Of a stretch of DNA of 64,000 nucleotides, positions 62,547-64,000 are shown one piece after another. Every line of letters starts with the position of its first letter. Within the stretch, counting starts at the first letter, position 1. Source of the stretch: Mobula hypostoma (taxonomy: Eukaryota); NCBI RefSeq assembly GCF_963921235.1, contig NC_086108.1, positions 71,116,001-71,180,000 of the forward strand. Reading direction: 5' to 3'. Under the pieces are notes generated by a model. It was not told the DNA's origin, made no database searches, and saw only the letters and a program-made list of their open reading frames with translations. A program made the position numbers and the translations under genes.

Positions 62547-62631
62547 ATGCTGGAGGAACTCAGCAGGCCAGGCAGCATCAAAAGAAGATTCTTTCCTAGA
62601 TGCTGCCTGGCCTGCTGAGTTCCTCCAACAT
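62547..62631. repeat. Perfect 29-bp inverted repeat (62551-62579 / 62599-62627) from two Penelope-like pseudo-LTR ends
   Basis: tggaggaactcagcaggccaggcagcatc and its exact reverse complement separated by 19 nt. Confidence 0.95.
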
Positions 62632-62726
62632 TTTGTGGGTGTTGGCCAGTACCAATAGAATTTTCTTTGATAAAATATTAGATATTATGTCAAACAAGCA
62701 CCTGAATAACAGTTTCATTTTTATAG

Positions 62727-62802
62727 ATCAAATATGTGCGAATAATAGAGAAGGGACGCTATGAGGCAACTTCCTGGGTTCGATGCCTAACAAAAAGTGG
62801 AG
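62727..62802 (+). CDS. AP-1 mu1-like exon 11 (IKYVRIIEKGRYEATSWVRCLTKSG)
   Basis: ttatag| acceptor, g|gtaatg donor, 76 nt. WVR cargo-binding strand. Confidence 0.94.
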
Positions 62803-63254
62803 GTAATGCTTCATTGAAAAATTGCAGACATTATTTTATGAAATAAATTTGTGGAGTTTAGTAGTGTACAAGATGAAATTTTGTTGCACGTGGAGAACTC
62901 CTGTTTTAATTGTGTTACAGTGAGGGGGTACCAAATAAAAATCACCAAATCCAACAGGAAGTGAGAATAAATTGGGTGCAAGTAATCCTGATTTACCATC
63001 TTACTGATTGACCAGGTAGTTATACAGACCGAGACTGTATAGTTTGTGCATGGTGATGAAGTTGGAAATAAATCCACAAGTTCTCAGCCTGAGGAGGAAC
63101 AGGATTCAAATCATTAGCCACTTATTAGATTGTCAAGTGTGGACACTTGACAGATTCAGAAGAATAAATCTGTCGGTACACATGACTGTCTTGATTCCAC
63201 ATGGGGCAACAGTAACATTGCTGTACTTTGGGATGACCACGGGTGATGTAATAA

Positions 63255-63345
63255 CAAATCTATTGCTTTTCTTTGTTTTTTGGTGGCTGCCTGCAAGAAA
63301 ATGAACCTCAAAGTTGTATATGGCATATATACTTTAATAATAAAT
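63255..63345 (+). mobile_element. Rex1/Babar-like 3' tail abutting the last splice acceptor of the mu1-like gene
   Basis: gcctgcaagaaaatgaacctca..gttgtatatggc..tactttaataataaat matches the tails at 12730-12800 and 42100-42175. Confidence 0.65.
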
Positions 63346-63366
63346 AAATCTCTCATTTGCCCCTAG

Positions 63367-63386
63367 ATTTTCAGATTCGCATTTAA
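63367..63386 (+). CDS. AP-1 mu1-like terminal exon 12 ((D)FQIRI*)
   Basis: ccctag| acceptor, TAA at 63384-63386. Homologous to mu1A DYQLRTQ*. All 12 exons sum to 1266 nt with no internal stop. Confidence 0.85.
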
Positions 63387-64000
63387 AATACACAATTGAC
63401 AAGTTTCTGAAGAAGATTGGGAGGATTCCAAGTTTGGACATCATTCATAAGAAGTTCATTGTTGTCTGAAACTCAGAAACAAAGGTCCTTGGTACATGGT
63501 TCATTTTAGATAAAAGACGAAACAGTACAGATTTAAAAAAAACTTGAATAATTTTATTACAGAGAAAGGACAGTTACTTCAACCAGTTCTGAAATTACAT
63601 GTCTATAGGCCACCAGGATCTGAATACGGCCTCAGGTTTGTGTTACTTTGACAGTATGAAAATACTTGTTCATTAAACAAGTACGCATGCACATGGCTAT
63701 CGCTATCTGATGGTGTTTTTTTATGTTAGTTGTCCTGGTATGATGTTGCTTTACCACTTCCAATTTGTGCTTGTTCTTCCATTAATAATTATGGTGCTCT
63801 GAAAACGTGTGTTATGCCTTCTGGGTATGTACAAAAGGCAACAGTGGGAGTGGCACTTGTTTTGAAGAGGAACCTGTTTAGATCTTGCTGCAGCAGTGCA
63901 AGGTAGTAGCTCGTTTTCAAAGTGAAATCAGGGATGGGGCTTAGTAATGACACCAACATGCTATTGTATAGTGCAGCATTGTAAAATAGTACAATTCCCT

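Noticed and set aside
34997..63386. mu1-like gene as a pseudogene or retrocopy
   Set aside because: All 12 exons are in frame with no stops, all splice sites including the U12 signals are intact, and introns are present.

Overview
Vertebrate genomic DNA, most likely a cartilaginous fish such as a ray (inferred from the CR1/Rex1-Babar/Penelope/V-SINE/Tc1 repeat landscape, not proven). Two spliced + strand genes can be rebuilt exon by exon. (1) The last five coding exons and 3' UTR of importin-13 (IPO13), 970-23407. (2) A complete, intact 12-exon gene (ATG 34997 to TAA 63386; 1266 nt; 421 aa) for an AP-1 clathrin adaptor mu1-type subunit. Its intron positions match AP1M1 as I recall them and include a 105-nt U12-type intron, but the protein is unusually divergent: about 59% identity to human mu1A by hand alignment to a sequence recalled from memory. 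Its YxxPhi cargo pocket is remodelled and a basic surface is lost. This divergent mu1 paralogue next to IPO13 is the best candidate for something undescribed. The rest is a densely nested transposon landscape: a young CR1 with an open 862-codon ORF2 fragment, a solo LTR with TSD, Penelope-like ends carrying minimal hammerhead ribozyme motifs, a perfect 29-bp intronic fold-back, an RTE-tailed short element with a structured head, hAT MITEs, Tc1 relics and a 59-bp minisatellite. Most other short six-frame ORFs are TE fragments or noise. Transposon boundaries without a TSD are approximate.
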